Source: a bacterium UBP13_UBA5359 | Lineage (GTDB): Bacteria; UBP13; UBA5359 | Assembly: GCA_002410925.1 (NCBI GenBank) | Contig: DHPR01000011.1 | Span: forward strand, 11,676 to 75,675 | Length of the DNA stretch: 64,000 nt | Direction: 5' to 3' | In this document: one piece after another, positions 27,528 through 37,663 of the stretch | Layout: each line of letters starts with the position of its first letter | Numbering within the stretch: position 1 is the stretch's first letter | Program-made: the position numbers and the translations under genes | Notes under the pieces: generated by a model | Database searches by the model: none | What the model saw: the letters and a program-made list of their open reading frames with translations, nothing else | Told to the model about the DNA's origin: nothing

Positions 27528-29512
27528 CACCCATTGCTGCCGCCTGTTACAGAAACCTGAGCAGGAACCCCCATAAGAGTTGACAATCGTTCCGTATCGG
27601 CCTGCAAAACACTGCTTCGGGCGGCATCATACGGCTGCCCTGCCCAGTCCACAGGACAGGTTATGCATACGGGCGCCAGAGACAACGCAGCCAGCATGGA
27701 AATATCGCCCCATTTCAGAATACCGGGAATATGAACAGCCATGGACTGAGTTATATCCTCTCCTTCCCGCAGATATGATCCCAGCATATCCCTGACCTCA
27801 ACAGAGGCATATTCATCTTCCAGAGCGGCTGCAGCCAGAGCTGCCAGGCCCGTCTCGCCAAAAGCCAGCAAATTCAATTCTTTTATTTCACACTGGTATT
27901 TCAGATACCCCGCTATGGCCTCGATATCCCTTACCCAATCGCCTATCATGGTCCTGCCCAGCCAGAGCGCCGCCCTGGCCTCGCTATGAAAGGCACATCC
28001 ATACACAGGCTCGCTATCCCAGCAGGTTTCGCCGGTTCCTCTGAGGTCGGCCAGAACGACCGCCCGGTCGCCAGAGACCATCTCCGACAGCGACAGCCTG
28101 TCCAGCGCAGTTTGCTTGCCTTCCGGATGGATTACCAGCACGGCTTCACGGGGATTGGTTCTCGGCCGTGAAATAATGGTCAGCGGCAACGGTATACCCG
28201 GCTCGGATTCCAAATGCAGTTTATCGATCTGCAAGCCGTTTTCTATCGTTACCCTCGCCTCGCTATCGAAACCGACGTCATAGAGAATAGGAAGCTGTAG
28301 CAACTCTTCCAGCTCGTTGCGCTTATCTTCGGGATCAGGAAGAGTATCGCCCTCCAGATGCCCCTGGGCCAAACGGTGAGCAATGGGAGATACGTATTCC
28401 GCAATAGAGATTACGCTCGACGGCCTTTCTTCTCCCAGGAAGCAACGACATTCATCCTCTGTCAGATCCTTAAAGTCAGGCTCATCGCAGGGACGCCCCT
28501 GACCCTCTCCTTTAAGCCAGAGCCTGAACCATCCCAGCATCTGACGGCGCATCTCCGGCCAATAGCCGTGCGGCAGATCTATGGCCTGGTAAGAGATGTT
28601 ATCAACTGCGCCATAATGCCTGTATATCTCTCTGGCCGCATTGAAGGAACGGATCATCTCGGTAACATAAAAAGTGGGATTGCTGTCCTGCAGGGCATTG
28701 AGAATCAGCAACGGTCTGGGAGCTATCAGCCCCAGAACGGCCCATTCCTCCACGAAGGTCAAGCCGCCCGGCAACAGTTCGCAGATACAATTAGCCCTGG
28801 TGACGTATGATTCGAAAGAGCCTACGGAAACCACCGGCACAGAGGCCTTGACTCTGTCGTCCAAGGCCGACACCCACATAGTCTGGTTGCCGCCGCCGGA
28901 GGCTCCGGTCACGCCTATTTTGTCCGGATCTACACAATCCAGGGACTGCAGCAGGTCTATCCCCCGTATGTTATCATATACCTGCATGCCCAGCAGCGTC
29001 TCTCCAATATTCAGCAGAGAGGCTCCCAGGCCGACACCATGATATTCAAAACAGCCGGGCTGTGTGCCCCGCTCCCCGGCACCGAAGGCATCCACCGCCA
29101 GAACTACAAAACCATCACGAGCCAGCACATGCCCTCTGGCTTGCACTCTGACTGCTATTTTGCCCTGGCTCCAGTGCCCGTGGGCATTCAACACTCCGGG
29201 AAACGGCCCCGGTCCGTCGGGAAGGTAGAGATTGGCGGTAACACGCATGCCGGGACGACTCTGATAGGTGATCTTTTTAAGGGTATAACCTTCCAGCCGT
29301 ATGCTGCCGTGCTCCTGCACATCCAGCGGGCAGGGCTCGGAGAATGTCCCGGCAGCAGTGCGTATATTCTCCAGGAGCCGCGATCGCTGCTCCTGCCAGG
29401 CTTCCAAAGTCAGGGGCGGCTGATGCTGCAAATGCCTCCGCCGGGCCTCCATCGTTAGCGTATCTTGAACTACGGAACTAGCCTTCCCGAGCCATACATC
29501 AGTATCAACCAT
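27500..29512 (-). CDS. Alpha/beta hydrolase (acetyl-xylan-esterase / dienelactone-hydrolase-like) with extra C-terminal domain
   Basis: The nucleophile elbow is GVTGASGGGN. The block PGVLNAHGHW is also present. The protein is 670 aa. Confidence 0.65.
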   Translation of the reverse strand: MVDTDVWLGKASSVVQDTLTMEARRRHLQHQPPLTLEAWQEQRSRLLENIRTAAGTFSEPCPLDVQEHGSIRLEGYTLKKITYQSRPGMRVTANLYLPDGPGPFPGVLNAHGHWSQGKIAVRVQARGHVLARDGFVVLAVDAFGAGERGTQPGCFEYHGVGLGASLLNIGETLLGMQVYDNIRGIDLLQSLDCVDPDKIGVTGASGGGNQTMWVSALDDRVKASVPVVSVGSFESYVTRANCICELLPGGLTFVEEWAVLGLIAPRPLLILNALQDSNPTFYVTEMIRSFNAAREIYRHYGAVDNISYQAIDLPHGYWPEMRRQMLGWFRLWLKGEGQGRPCDEPDFKDLTEDECRCFLGEERPSSVISIAEYVSPIAHRLAQGHLEGDTLPDPEDKRNELEELLQLPILYDVGFDSEARVTIENGLQIDKLHLESEPGIPLPLTIISRPRTNPREAVLVIHPEGKQTALDRLSLSEMVSGDRAVVLADLRGTGETCWDSEPVYGCAFHSEARAALWLGRTMIGDWVRDIEAIAGYLKYQCEIKELNLLAFGETGLAALAAAALEDEYASVEVRDMLGSYLREGEDITQSMAVHIPGILKWGDISMLAALSLAPVCITCPVDWAGQPYDAARSSVLQADTERLSTLMGVPAQVSVTGGSNGCYDSLPKAR

Positions 29513-29757
29513 TTGTCTCCCTCCGCGCTTTGCTCTTAAACTTGGTTCGTATTAAATATCAGAAGCAAAACAAAAGCATACTGCTTCCAGCTACCTTATC
29601 TTCGACAGCTCGGCGGGATATTCCTGCTGTTTAAGGAAAAGAGCCGCCATGCCGAGTGTTAAGGCAGCCGAGTAATTTTATTTCGGCCTGATCTCCGCTT
29701 GTTGGCGTCTCCTTTATAAACGCTTATGCTAAATGTAACTTCCTGCCCTCAAAGCGT

Positions 29758-30534
29758 TCAAAGTCCATATTCATTGTTATAGCACTTTTCGGGTACGATT
29801 TTTAACATGGTGCCGTCGCCGGCGATGGTAATCCTTTCTTTGGGTAAAAAATCGAGCAGCATGTTGAAAACTTCCTTCTCCTTGCCCTCCAGATCCGGAT
29901 GAATATGCGATAGAACAATCTTGCCTATCTTGCTTTTTATCTTTAAAAACTGAAGGACATCGTCAAGAGGCACATGCGCTAGTTCCATAATAAGAACATC
30001 AGCCTCTTGAAGCCAGCGCAAATCATTTATGGATCCAATATCTCCTGAGTAAACAATCTTTATATCACCTTCAAATGAATAGGAATAAGCCGGACGATTA
30101 TACGGCTTCAAGTGATTCGTAGGGCAAGCGGTGACCTGGAAATTATCATCTTTGAAGATATAACCACTTTGAACCGGAATTATCTCCAACTGGTAAGGAA
30201 GCATATCTCCATGAAGCAATATCAACTCCAGAAAGCTCTTGAATGTGTTAATTGCGTTTTCCGGCATCATAATTGAAAGCTTTTCCGTTCTGCCTGCTAT
30301 CTGCAACGATTGCAATAGCTGAAATATACCGGAAAAATGATCAGCATGCATATGCGAGATAAAAACAGCTTTTATCTCCTTCCAATCAAATCCGGTTCTC
30401 AGCAGCAAACTGCTCACCGGCTCTCCGCAATCAATTAAATACTTATCCTGATCGCAGCAAAGCAACGTGGCAGAATTAAACCGATAAAACGTCGGTATTC
30501 CTGATGCAGTTCCTAAAAAATGCAAACTAATCAT
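29758..30534 (-). CDS. MBL-fold metallo-hydrolase (RNase Z / phosphodiesterase-like)
   Basis: The HxHxDH motif is present as SHMHADHFSG. There is a 4-nt overlap with the upstream PHP gene. Confidence 0.8.
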   Translation of the reverse strand: MISLHFLGTASGIPTFYRFNSATLLCCDQDKYLIDCGEPVSSLLLRTGFDWKEIKAVFISHMHADHFSGIFQLLQSLQIAGRTEKLSIMMPENAINTFKSFLELILLHGDMLPYQLEIIPVQSGYIFKDDNFQVTACPTNHLKPYNRPAYSYSFEGDIKIVYSGDIGSINDLRWLQEADVLIMELAHVPLDDVLQFLKIKSKIGKIVLSHIHPDLEGKEKEVFNMLLDFLPKERITIAGDGTMLKIVPEKCYNNEYGL

Positions 30535-31283
30535 TTGTAGGTTATCCTCTCAATAAGTTGATTATGCAAATTTACTTTTTCTACTATCTGATTCGCCCAA
30601 CCGAGATTGCCCACTCCACAGGCTGAGTGCGCATCAGACCCCAGAGCGAATATCACCCCTCGCTCAGCAAAAATCCTCACTACCCTTAGATAGCTTCTGG
30701 TGAGCTCCTTCACAGGCATAGATGGAAACCACCAACTCATCATATTCATTATTTCAAATGCCTTCCCTCCAGCAACAAAGGCATCGGCAACCTGCATTAA
30801 AAGGTTATCCGGGAAATCGTCAATGCAGATATTCGCTTGCAAGCGCCCGACATTGAAAGGATGTGCAATGATATTGACCAGCGGATTGCCGCACGCATAT
30901 ATATAAGCATCTGCTATATTCCGGCAAAGTTTACCGGGATCGCAAGGAGCATTTGTGTATACACCCTGTGTCAATTTTCCGAGGTCCACCAAAACGATGT
31001 CAAGCTTGCCGGCAATCGCTTCGTCCACTGAAAGAGTACCTCGAGTATCAAGAATTGTTCCTTCTACGCCTGCCAATATGTTAATTGGCGCCTTGATATC
31101 CTTTATTTCCGCCACCAGAGACGGAAGCCATTCGGCATCATCGCTATCAAAGCAATGGTCGGTAATAGCCACGGTATCAAGTCCATTGCTCACTGCGGCC
31201 CTGATATTATCGCTTATCGTATTCTGGCCATCCGAATACAGCGTGTGTGTATGTAGATCATGGCGACCCAATACTTTGCCCAT
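30531..31283 (-). CDS. PHP-domain phosphoesterase (histidinol-phosphatase family)
   Basis: The N-terminal motif DLHTHTLYSDG is present, with later motifs ITDH and GSDAH. Confidence 0.75.
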   Translation of the reverse strand: MGKVLGRHDLHTHTLYSDGQNTISDNIRAAVSNGLDTVAITDHCFDSDDAEWLPSLVAEIKDIKAPINILAGVEGTILDTRGTLSVDEAIAGKLDIVLVDLGKLTQGVYTNAPCDPGKLCRNIADAYIYACGNPLVNIIAHPFNVGRLQANICIDDFPDNLLMQVADAFVAGGKAFEIMNMMSWWFPSMPVKELTRSYLRVVRIFAERGVIFALGSDAHSACGVGNLGWANQIVEKVNLHNQLIERITYK

Positions 31284-31304
31284 ATCTTATCATTTCATAC
31301 CTTT

Positions 31305-34112
31305 CTACTCATTATCGCTTCTTTCCAGAAAGATTATACCCTTTGCCGGATTATGGCCCCCCCTCCATCTCTTATCCAATACGTTTAACTTACCCTTCTC
31401 AAATTTGGCCACGAGCTTATTCTCGCTACCAATGGATAAAGCTTGAGCCTTCCCGATCCTGACCTCAATCCGTCCTCTGGGGAATTCAACATGCCCCGGT
31501 TCATAATCAAGCTTTAGCGATGGGGGCAATGGATCTATCAGTTCCATCGACAATCGTAGCCGGTTCCTTGCCGGTCTCTCTACGTTCGTAAATTTAACAT
31601 CAAGAGAAGAAAAGGCCTCTATGTCCATCTCCGGATCCAGCAACGCATGTTCAAAGAGCAATGGAAGGCCATAATAAGGTCTGATCAACTGCAATCCTAA
31701 TTGCCAACTATTCAAAAAGACTTTATACCCGTTGGCAAAATCCTTTTTTTGCCATAAGTATCTATCCTCAGCATCCTTAAGAAGAAATCTGGAAGCCAAC
31801 GGCTCAACTAAATTAAAGTTCAATACCACATAGCGGTTATTCTTAAAGTTGGTTACCGGAATCCTTATAACCGGCGTTACAGTTTCACTCTGTGAAGGAT
31901 TATATTCCAGAACCAGCAAATCATTTTTGCAGCTTCGCAATGCAATATCCGGATGATAATCGTCCGTTTTGATTTGCTCCTCACTGCGCGTCAGCCAGCG
32001 AGCAATCCCGGCAAGAAGACTGTGCCCAAAATCATACTCCAGATTATATTCCCTTCCCAGATAGGCTACCCTCCCTTTCCCCAGTTCCCTTGTTGACAAA
32101 AGAGGCGTTTCGCCATCTTGACATAGTATCTTACAAAGATTTCGGTAAGGCTTTGCCCCTGCCTCAGAATATTCTTCCCACGGAGGCAGAAGTTGGCGAA
32201 TCATCTCTCTCGACATTTGTCCGCCTGCAAACCATGCCGTAGGATGCGGCATATAATACCTATCCCACCATTCGTATTTCAAATTTTGAAACTGAACCAG
32301 CCATTTGCGGTCATTATATATATTCTCTCTCTTTGAAAGGCTGCGAGCGATAGGATGCAATAATCCCGCTTCAGTTTTGTTGAAGCTTAACAATCTATGT
32401 TTTGCCGGTTTTGCATAATCTACACCTGTTATCTCTCTGAGAGGAGCATATCCTCTATCCCGGCCATAGATATCAGTGTAGCTGGCAGCTCTTAAAGCCA
32501 GCAGCGAGTGCCCCTTCTCTACCCATGACCTGATCTTCCGGACAGCTTTATCATCGATAAGACCACTCATAAAGGGTTCGCTGGGCAAGAGGAGCAAGTC
32601 ACAGTCCGCAGGAATCCTGCCCTGAGCCAAGTCTGCCAGATCAAGATGCTTCCATTTTATCGGAGTGTCCCAGAGATACCCCTCTCTGGTAAAAAGACCG
32701 AAAATAGAAGGCGAATAGTAGCCGGTACCCAAAGATGGTATGTAGCCGGTAGCCGCATAGGAAGGCTTGAAGTTCTTCAAAAGGCCATACAAGAACTTAT
32801 ATTGCAAATTGATCTCCCTTATTGCCCTTAATTGATGAGGTTTTGGCTTGTGCTGAACAGTATTAATTCCCCACCACAGTTTATTCGGCAAGCTATCGTT
32901 AATAGCGCCCCTCAATGTCAGGTGCCACCACCAGCGCAACATCGCATCTCGGTCATCCCGGTTGTAAACCCAATATAAATGAGAATAACCCGGCTTCTTT
33001 TCCCAATTGCCCAGGAAGGCTTTGTTCCAGATAAACTCCCATCCCCAATCAGGAATTTGATTGCCGCCACCCTCCCATTTTCCATTCCAGCTATTCGTCC
33101 AGATAAGCTGGTTGTCAACACCGACTCTTCCCAAGGTTTCGGGGCTTCCACCCTGTGTGAAATCTCCGATATAATAATCATGTCCAGCATTGTTTTTGTG
33201 AATAACCTTGGAGATAACTGATATGGCCTGAGCCACAACGTCGGCTTTAATTTTTATCCAATGCGCCCAGTAAAACGGATCAAGTTCCACAAGTTCAGGA
33301 TCAAATTCAAATCCGGTCTTCTTTCTGTAAAGCTTTTGCATAACAGGAGAACAATCAGCCCATGTATCGCCAAGATAACAGTGCATACTCGCTATAGCTT
33401 CCCAGGTTACGTAGCTGATTTCTCTATATGTCTGTAAGAAAAGATTCAATTTATGAGCCACATATTCAGAATAATCTGTAGGAAGCAAAGCCGGTATGCC
33501 TGATTGGCAAGGAAGATAAGCGGTATAATATTGCCCCGGGCTGCTTTTAATCACAATTTTCCCGTCTCTTATACTCCATTGCTCCCGGAACGGCAACCTT
33601 CTCTTCTTGTGTAATTCTTCGTAAAGGATTCTTCCATCCGGCAAAAAGATATCAGTGGTATCTTTGATAAACCAATATTGGTAGTCTTCTCCTTTCACTA
33701 TATCTTCAGGCAAGGGTATGGATACTGAGCTGCCTTCTGCCTTTACTCTAAACCATTTATAATACCACTGCCGTCTGTCAGGGTATTTTTTTAAATACTC
33801 TAAGCTCCTACCCTTTAATGCCCCTTCCGTGGCTATACCTACTGCATGGAGTTTCAAGCCTTCCCGTCCGTATTCTTGCAACTTCGTAAGATGCGGGACA
33901 TTCCGTTCTTCCGCCGTAACTCCCTCCCAAATATTAAAATTGCTTCCCATAGTTCCATCGGCACAGAGTTTCTTTGCCTGCTTGCCGCCTCCGTCCCAAG
34001 CAAAGACAATCATTCCATCGTCAACAGGCATACTTGCCGGCAAAGCAACGGAAGAAACCTCGCAAAGCAGTATCAAAGCGCTCGACAGTAGAGCAGTAAT
34101 TATCTTATCCAC
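31305..34112 (-). CDS. Large secreted protein of unrecognised family (paralogue of 34141..36915)
   Basis: The track ORF runs to 34226 but that overlaps the upstream gene. A GTG at 34112 preceded by AAAGAGG (8-nt spacer) gives the signal-peptide-like start VDKIITALLSSALILLCEVSS. The protein is collinearly homologous to its neighbour. Confidence 0.65.
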   Translation of the reverse strand: MDKIITALLSSALILLCEVSSVALPASMPVDDGMIVFAWDGGGKQAKKLCADGTMGSNFNIWEGVTAEERNVPHLTKLQEYGREGLKLHAVGIATEGALKGRSLEYLKKYPDRRQWYYKWFRVKAEGSSVSIPLPEDIVKGEDYQYWFIKDTTDIFLPDGRILYEELHKKRRLPFREQWSIRDGKIVIKSSPGQYYTAYLPCQSGIPALLPTDYSEYVAHKLNLFLQTYREISYVTWEAIASMHCYLGDTWADCSPVMQKLYRKKTGFEFDPELVELDPFYWAHWIKIKADVVAQAISVISKVIHKNNAGHDYYIGDFTQGGSPETLGRVGVDNQLIWTNSWNGKWEGGGNQIPDWGWEFIWNKAFLGNWEKKPGYSHLYWVYNRDDRDAMLRWWWHLTLRGAINDSLPNKLWWGINTVQHKPKPHQLRAIREINLQYKFLYGLLKNFKPSYAATGYIPSLGTGYYSPSIFGLFTREGYLWDTPIKWKHLDLADLAQGRIPADCDLLLLPSEPFMSGLIDDKAVRKIRSWVEKGHSLLALRAASYTDIYGRDRGYAPLREITGVDYAKPAKHRLLSFNKTEAGLLHPIARSLSKRENIYNDRKWLVQFQNLKYEWWDRYYMPHPTAWFAGGQMSREMIRQLLPPWEEYSEAGAKPYRNLCKILCQDGETPLLSTRELGKGRVAYLGREYNLEYDFGHSLLAGIARWLTRSEEQIKTDDYHPDIALRSCKNDLLVLEYNPSQSETVTPVIRIPVTNFKNNRYVVLNFNLVEPLASRFLLKDAEDRYLWQKKDFANGYKVFLNSWQLGLQLIRPYYGLPLLFEHALLDPEMDIEAFSSLDVKFTNVERPARNRLRLSMELIDPLPPSLKLDYEPGHVEFPRGRIEVRIGKAQALSIGSENKLVAKFEKGKLNVLDKRWRGGHNPAKGIIFLERSDNE
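32411..32681. repeat. 271-bp patch ~98% identical to 35253..35523 (gene-conversion tract, copy 1)
   Basis: Direct by-eye alignment gives about 6 mismatches in 271 nt. The flanking sequence of the two paralogues is strongly diverged. Confidence 0.85.
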
Positions 34113-34140
34113 TTGCTGCACCTCTTTCAGAGATATCCTC

Positions 34141-36915
34141 TTAGCGGCCGATATACACCTTAAGAAGGTCATTTTTCTCATCATAATCTGCATGCCAGAA
34201 AGGTAAATAGTTGCGAATCGTGCCACCCATGAACTCCAAAGCTGTATTGCCCATAAATCTCAGAACAAGATTCTCTCTTTTCGAAATATAGATATCTATT
34301 CCCTCATTCCCCAACTGCACTACTTCCCATGGCTCCTCGCCGGGCTTCCGTTTCTCTTTATCCTTTTGTAAATAATAGAGAGGAACCTGATAGGGCGGAA
34401 TATCCAAGAGCCGCAGGTCGAGTTCATGCATGGTACCTATATCTTGAACGCTTTCCACCCATTCTTCAAATTGGACTTTCAAGGATGAATATGCAGCGAT
34501 CTTTCGATCAGGGTTGATATAACTGTGCTTAAGCATAATCGGTTTCCGATCATATCTGCAGATTATTTGCAAGCTCAAATCACTAGGAAAAAGAGATACG
34601 CTATAACCGCTTTGCCTTAGCTCCTGGCCATTCCATACTACCCCACCATCTGCCGCTCTTATAAAGCGAGAGTTGGATAATTGCTCTAAATTCATAGATA
34701 GAACAACGTATTCTTTCTGGGGGTTAACTTTATCGGAAATCAACCGCAATTTGCTCTCAACCATATTTTTTGTTGGATTATATGCAGCTACAAGAAATTC
34801 ATCACCGCTTTTACTGTAATGCAGAGATGCGTCAAGGTTGTAATCGCTGTTTTCCAGCGCCAGACTCTTTTCTGCACCCGTCAGCCAAAAAGACGTTCGC
34901 TTCAGAAGATGATGTCCAAAATCATTGCCAAGACCGTATTCTTGAGCCAGGTATGCTACTCTTCCACGGCCAAGAGTTCGCACAGCCACAAAAGGATTAT
35001 TGCCTTTACGGTAAATTACACTTACATCATCTCCGTATACCTTGCTTCCTCTACCCGGATATTCACCCCATGCCGGCAACAGAGCATAAATCATATCAAT
35101 CTGTCTTCCGCCTCTGAACCAATGGGCTGATGGATTGAGCAAATAACGCCCGGCATTTTCGCTGACAGTAACTTGCCCGGGCAAAGAAGATGTAATCCAA
35201 TGTTCCGATGTCTTTATCGCTTCTGTCTTTCCGGCAGCCACCGGCTTAGCATTTGCATAATCTATACCGGTTATCTCTCTGAGAGGAGCATATCCTCTAT
35301 CCCGGCCATAGATATCAGTGTAGCTGGCAGCTCTTAAAGCCAGCAGCGAGTGTCCCTTCTCTACCCATGACCTGATCTTTCGGACAGCTTTATCATCGAT
35401 AAGGCCGCTCATAAAGGGTTCGCTGGGCAAGAGGAGCAAGTCACAGTCCGCAGGAATCCTGCCCTGAGCCAAGTCTGCCAGATCAAGATGCTTCCATTTT
35501 ATCGGAGTGTCCCAGAGATACCCATTCTCGGTGAAGAGAGAGGTCAATGACGGCATGTAAAAATTCGGTCCGAGGCTTGGGATATATCCAGTAGCGATGA
35601 AATCCTGACGATAAGCCTTAAGAAGATCATAAACGAATTTGTATCTCCAGTTTATATCATGCATCCACTTTACTTGTGCAGGGCCGGGGGCCCCGCCAGT
35701 ACCTGTCAACCCCATCCAAAGAAAATCAGGTAAAGACTGATTGACAGCGCCTCTAAAAATAGAGGCTTTCCAATCTTTATTAATGTAATCAGTTGTATTC
35801 CTGACCCAAACGGGTTGTCCATAACCCGGTTTATCCTCCCAACCGCCCCAGAATGTGTTAACCCATTGTTGCGAAGTGTTTACCCACATGTAATTCAAAC
35901 CTGCCGCTCCCAGCGAATCAGCACTTCCACTATATGTGCAATCTCCGATATAATAAGACCCTTTGATTCCGTGTTGTTGATAAAGGCCAAAGAGTATGCG
36001 AGCAGCTTCTGCGACAATCCCCGCCTTGAAATTCGTCCAAAGCCTCCACTGTAGAGGGTCCAGCTGCACTCTTTCCGGATCAAAATCACTGCCGGTTTTC
36101 TCCTTGAAGAGCTTTTGCATGGATGGAGAACAATCGGGCCAGGTTGTGTTGCCGGCATAATTTCCCATACTGGCCAACTCTTCAGCCCAAACATATGAAC
36201 ACGCTCCGCCGCCATCGGCAAAGGACTTCAAAAACCGGCCAAATCTTTCACTGCCGTATCTCTGAGAATCAAATGGCAGAATGCTTACCAGGCCATGCTT
36301 CTCCCTGCAAGGTATGTAGGCAATATATTTGTGCCCCGGCTTGCTTTTCAGAAAAAGACGGCCATCCTTTATATACCACTGAGAAAGAGGAAGTTCACGG
36401 GTTTCTTTGAGAAGATTGAAGTTAATACCCTTATCCAGCAAACCCGTGACATCCTTAATCCTCCAGTATTCAAGGCCCTTGCTCATATCTGCATTATCCG
36501 GAAGAGAGATGGAAAGCAAATCGCCCTCCGCTGTAGCCTGCTGCCAGGCGTACATCCATTGGTATCTATCAGGATGTTCTTGCAGATATTCGCCAAGCTG
36601 CCCCGTTCTCTCGGCAGCATGGATTACCACCCCGACCTCTATACCATTCCGAGTATATTGCCTGGAGAGCCATGAAGAGTATTCCATTTCATTAGTGGAA
36701 TAAGGACGATGTATATACCATGAAAAGAGATTATCAACGTCTATTCCAATTTTTTTGTCGAAAAGAATTCGGTTTTCCGTACTTAACCTGGTCACTCCTC
36801 CCCATGTAGCAACCTTTCCGCCGTCGGGAGAAATAGCGGCCCTTGATGGCAGACAAAGCAATTTCAATAATATTGTGATGGTAATTACCACAAAAAAGGA
36901 CTGTTTCCTTACCAT
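34141..36915 (-). CDS. Large secreted protein of unrecognised family (paralogue of 31305..34112)
   Basis: The signal peptide reads MVRKQSFFVVITITILLKLLCLPSRAA. The protein is 924 aa. It shares blocks with its neighbour (WPDCSP.MQKL, YYIGD, GYIPSLG, and an identical 88-aa segment). Confidence 0.7.
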   Translation of the reverse strand: MVRKQSFFVVITITILLKLLCLPSRAAISPDGGKVATWGGVTRLSTENRILFDKKIGIDVDNLFSWYIHRPYSTNEMEYSSWLSRQYTRNGIEVGVVIHAAERTGQLGEYLQEHPDRYQWMYAWQQATAEGDLLSISLPDNADMSKGLEYWRIKDVTGLLDKGINFNLLKETRELPLSQWYIKDGRLFLKSKPGHKYIAYIPCREKHGLVSILPFDSQRYGSERFGRFLKSFADGGGACSYVWAEELASMGNYAGNTTWPDCSPSMQKLFKEKTGSDFDPERVQLDPLQWRLWTNFKAGIVAEAARILFGLYQQHGIKGSYYIGDCTYSGSADSLGAAGLNYMWVNTSQQWVNTFWGGWEDKPGYGQPVWVRNTTDYINKDWKASIFRGAVNQSLPDFLWMGLTGTGGAPGPAQVKWMHDINWRYKFVYDLLKAYRQDFIATGYIPSLGPNFYMPSLTSLFTENGYLWDTPIKWKHLDLADLAQGRIPADCDLLLLPSEPFMSGLIDDKAVRKIRSWVEKGHSLLALRAASYTDIYGRDRGYAPLREITGIDYANAKPVAAGKTEAIKTSEHWITSSLPGQVTVSENAGRYLLNPSAHWFRGGRQIDMIYALLPAWGEYPGRGSKVYGDDVSVIYRKGNNPFVAVRTLGRGRVAYLAQEYGLGNDFGHHLLKRTSFWLTGAEKSLALENSDYNLDASLHYSKSGDEFLVAAYNPTKNMVESKLRLISDKVNPQKEYVVLSMNLEQLSNSRFIRAADGGVVWNGQELRQSGYSVSLFPSDLSLQIICRYDRKPIMLKHSYINPDRKIAAYSSLKVQFEEWVESVQDIGTMHELDLRLLDIPPYQVPLYYLQKDKEKRKPGEEPWEVVQLGNEGIDIYISKRENLVLRFMGNTALEFMGGTIRNYLPFWHADYDEKNDLLKVYIGR
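35253..35523. repeat. 271-bp patch ~98% identical to 32411..32681 (gene-conversion tract, copy 2)
   Basis: See copy 1. Confidence 0.85.
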
Positions 36916-36944
36916 AATTCGCCCCCTGCCCTAATCAATCGGCT

Positions 36945-37628
36945 CTATTCCTCTTTGAAAATCCTGAGGTAATCAAACTGCGCTGTGCAGTTCATGAAGA
37001 ACAACCCAGCTGGTCCGCATAGATATGGGTCACTCTCATCGAGGTATTCAAATTCCAATTTGTCGTCGCAGTGGACGGCGATTGATACGGTATCGTTCTC
37101 TAGATTCTTGACAGATACTCTTATCTTATGCTCTTCGTAAGGATCCAACTTAGTCTTGCCAAAAATGTCTCCTCTACCATAGCTCTTGGAAAGGGTAATT
37201 CTCCCCTCCCAGATAGAAACAGCATAATGCTTATAATTATCCCTTTGCTTCCTGAAAACGATATGCGGTATACTGGAGGAAAAACCCCCTTTGGTTAGCA
37301 TTCGCATCTTCGTTTCGATTTCATAATTCAGCCAGCTCTCACTCTCCGCCAACATAAGGTATGCATTAGTCCCATATGCCGCTGGGCCGGTTCTGGCTCC
37401 CGGGAATTCAACAATCAACTTTCCATTCTTCAATCGGATGCAATTCCTCGCACCGGACCATTGAAATGAGAGATCATCAGAATCAAAATCGTCACTGAAG
37501 AGAACTTCTTTTTTCGCCTTTTCAGCCTTTTCCGCTATTTCGGCCGCGTTACCGAGAGTACCGGGTAAAAAAAGAAACAGCCACAAAGAAAGAATAAGCA
37601 TTGATACTTTTACTTGCAGATCTGACAT
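36945..37628 (-). CDS. Secreted jelly-roll/lectin-like protein (weak LamG / DUF1080-type resemblance)
   Basis: The signal peptide reads VSMLILSLWLFLFLPGTLGNAAE. The beta-rich sequence ends in ...FDYLRIF, as in concanavalin-like domains. The family call is tentative. Confidence 0.5.
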   Translation of the reverse strand: MSDLQVKVSMLILSLWLFLFLPGTLGNAAEIAEKAEKAKKEVLFSDDFDSDDLSFQWSGARNCIRLKNGKLIVEFPGARTGPAAYGTNAYLMLAESESWLNYEIETKMRMLTKGGFSSSIPHIVFRKQRDNYKHYAVSIWEGRITLSKSYGRGDIFGKTKLDPYEEHKIRVSVKNLENDTVSIAVHCDDKLEFEYLDESDPYLCGPAGLFFMNCTAQFDYLRIFKEE

Positions 37629-37663
37629 AACACAACCCCTCCCTTTTTATCTAATCAACACAA

